Of a DNA stretch of 64,000 nt, positions 63,216-64,000 are shown piece after piece (within the stretch, counting starts at the first letter, position 1; each line of letters begins with the position of its first letter). A program made the position numbers and the translations under genes. The notes beneath the pieces are model-generated. The model ran no database searches. It was not told the origin of the DNA and saw only the letters and a program-made list of their open reading frames with translations. Source of the DNA: Lingula anatina (Eukaryota > Animalia > Brachiopoda); contig CM120640.1 of NCBI GenBank assembly GCA_051362555.1, forward strand, positions 4,836,001 through 4,900,000, read 5' to 3'.

Positions 63216-64000
63216 AGGCATAAGTAATAGCAGATTTCATTATTTAACATCATTGTCAGAAGTTTCTGATTTGATAATAAATGTTTTTTTTTTTAATTTC
63301 TTGAAAAAAAGGAATTTTCATTGCTAACAAATTAAAAACTCTCTTTATTAAATTAAGTTTTAAGTTTTTAAATTTATTGAATTTAGTGTTGGTGGATGAA
63401 ATTTCAATATTAAGTAAGCATGTAGCTAAGGGACACATTATTCCTGATATCTTACTGTTTGTTCCTGTTGTTTGTTTTAGATCATAGAGTTCCTTGCATT
63501 GATTGTGCTGTTGGTGTTACTGTACAAGTTCCAGATTGACAGTGTGTTGGTGTTCCTGTTAATCTGTGCCATGCTGGGTAAGCATCCTCTCCACTTACTG
63601 GACACGGGGTGTCTCTAACCTGGAGAAATTAGTTTTATGGCTAGATATTCACATTCATTTCTTGGGCTATTTCTCTGCTTTTTTCTGTACTGTGAAAATT
63701 TTCACAAAAGTAAAATGATGTTAATATCCATCTGGTCTCTGGTAAAAAGTGTGTGTCCAGAGTGAATTTTTTTATGAAAAAAAAAGGCGTCATCACCCAG
63801 TTGCTGGAGAGTAGACAGACTGATAGTAACAAAAAAGGAATGATTTTGTGGTATTTGTATTAAATGTATTTAGCAAAAAAGATTTTTTTTTGCACAATAT
63901 CTAGCTAATTTGTTTTGATAAGAAATATTGTTCACCTTGGTATAATAATCTGTTTGTATTGTATTGTTTTCAGCCTCCTTTACTGTAATCTCAGCTAAGG
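58721..64000 (+). CDS. NIPAL2: NIPA-like Mg2+ transporter family protein (NIPAL2/3-like), 3' partial
   Basis: join(58721-58786, 61120-61188, 61531-61714, 62094-62153, 62524-62576, 63063-63131, 63481-63577, 63974->64000) in frame. Motifs GNLLISVSLNVQKYTH, DPLWWIGIILMVFGEIGNFSAYGYAPASLVAPLG, FLKEKLR, ASFTVISAK. Co-orthologue of NIPAL2/NIPAL3. Confidence 0.9.
60816..60989. mobile_element. Short MITE with 5-bp TSD
   Basis: TIRs CTGGGGTGGTGCTAAC / GCTAGCGCTACCCCAG; internal TTAGCCAAA / TTTGGCTAA; TAAAG duplicated at 60811-60815 and 60990-60994. Confidence 0.75.
63186..63214. repeat. (GAT)n microsatellite
   Basis: Direct inspection; it explains the poly-Met ORF. Confidence 0.95.

Overview
AT-rich, intron-rich eukaryotic DNA, most likely from an invertebrate bilaterian; the species cannot be fixed from sequence alone. 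Gene content: tRNA-Gln(TTG); RPL15 (-); a dihydropyrimidinase/CRMP gene (+, about 3.9-29.3 kb); a proteinase K-like S8 subtilase with an intronless CDS and a probable GPI anchor (+); RIDA (-) head-to-head with POP1 (+); and acyl-protein thioesterase LYPLA1/2 (-) head-to-head with a NIPAL2/3-like gene (+, running off the window). Exons were assembled by hand from splice sites and all phases add up. The most interesting part is the DPYS/CRMP locus. It has two mutually exclusive 121-nt exons that swap a catalytic metal-binding His for the CRMP-type Lys. Between them lie a ~230-nt G.U-rich sense-strand RNA hairpin and two RBFOX motifs. The gene has several alternative first exons; one encodes a vertebrate CRMP-A-like N-terminal extension that is brought into frame by a 10-nt microexon. 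Other observations: a 45-nt duplication of a RIDA splice acceptor, a possible membrane-anchored LYPLA isoform, a decayed Penelope-type hammerhead ribozyme, and several non-autonomous transposons (MULE-like, Helentron/HINE-like, MITEs, an RTE fragment). Homology statements come from recalled family motifs, not database searches.
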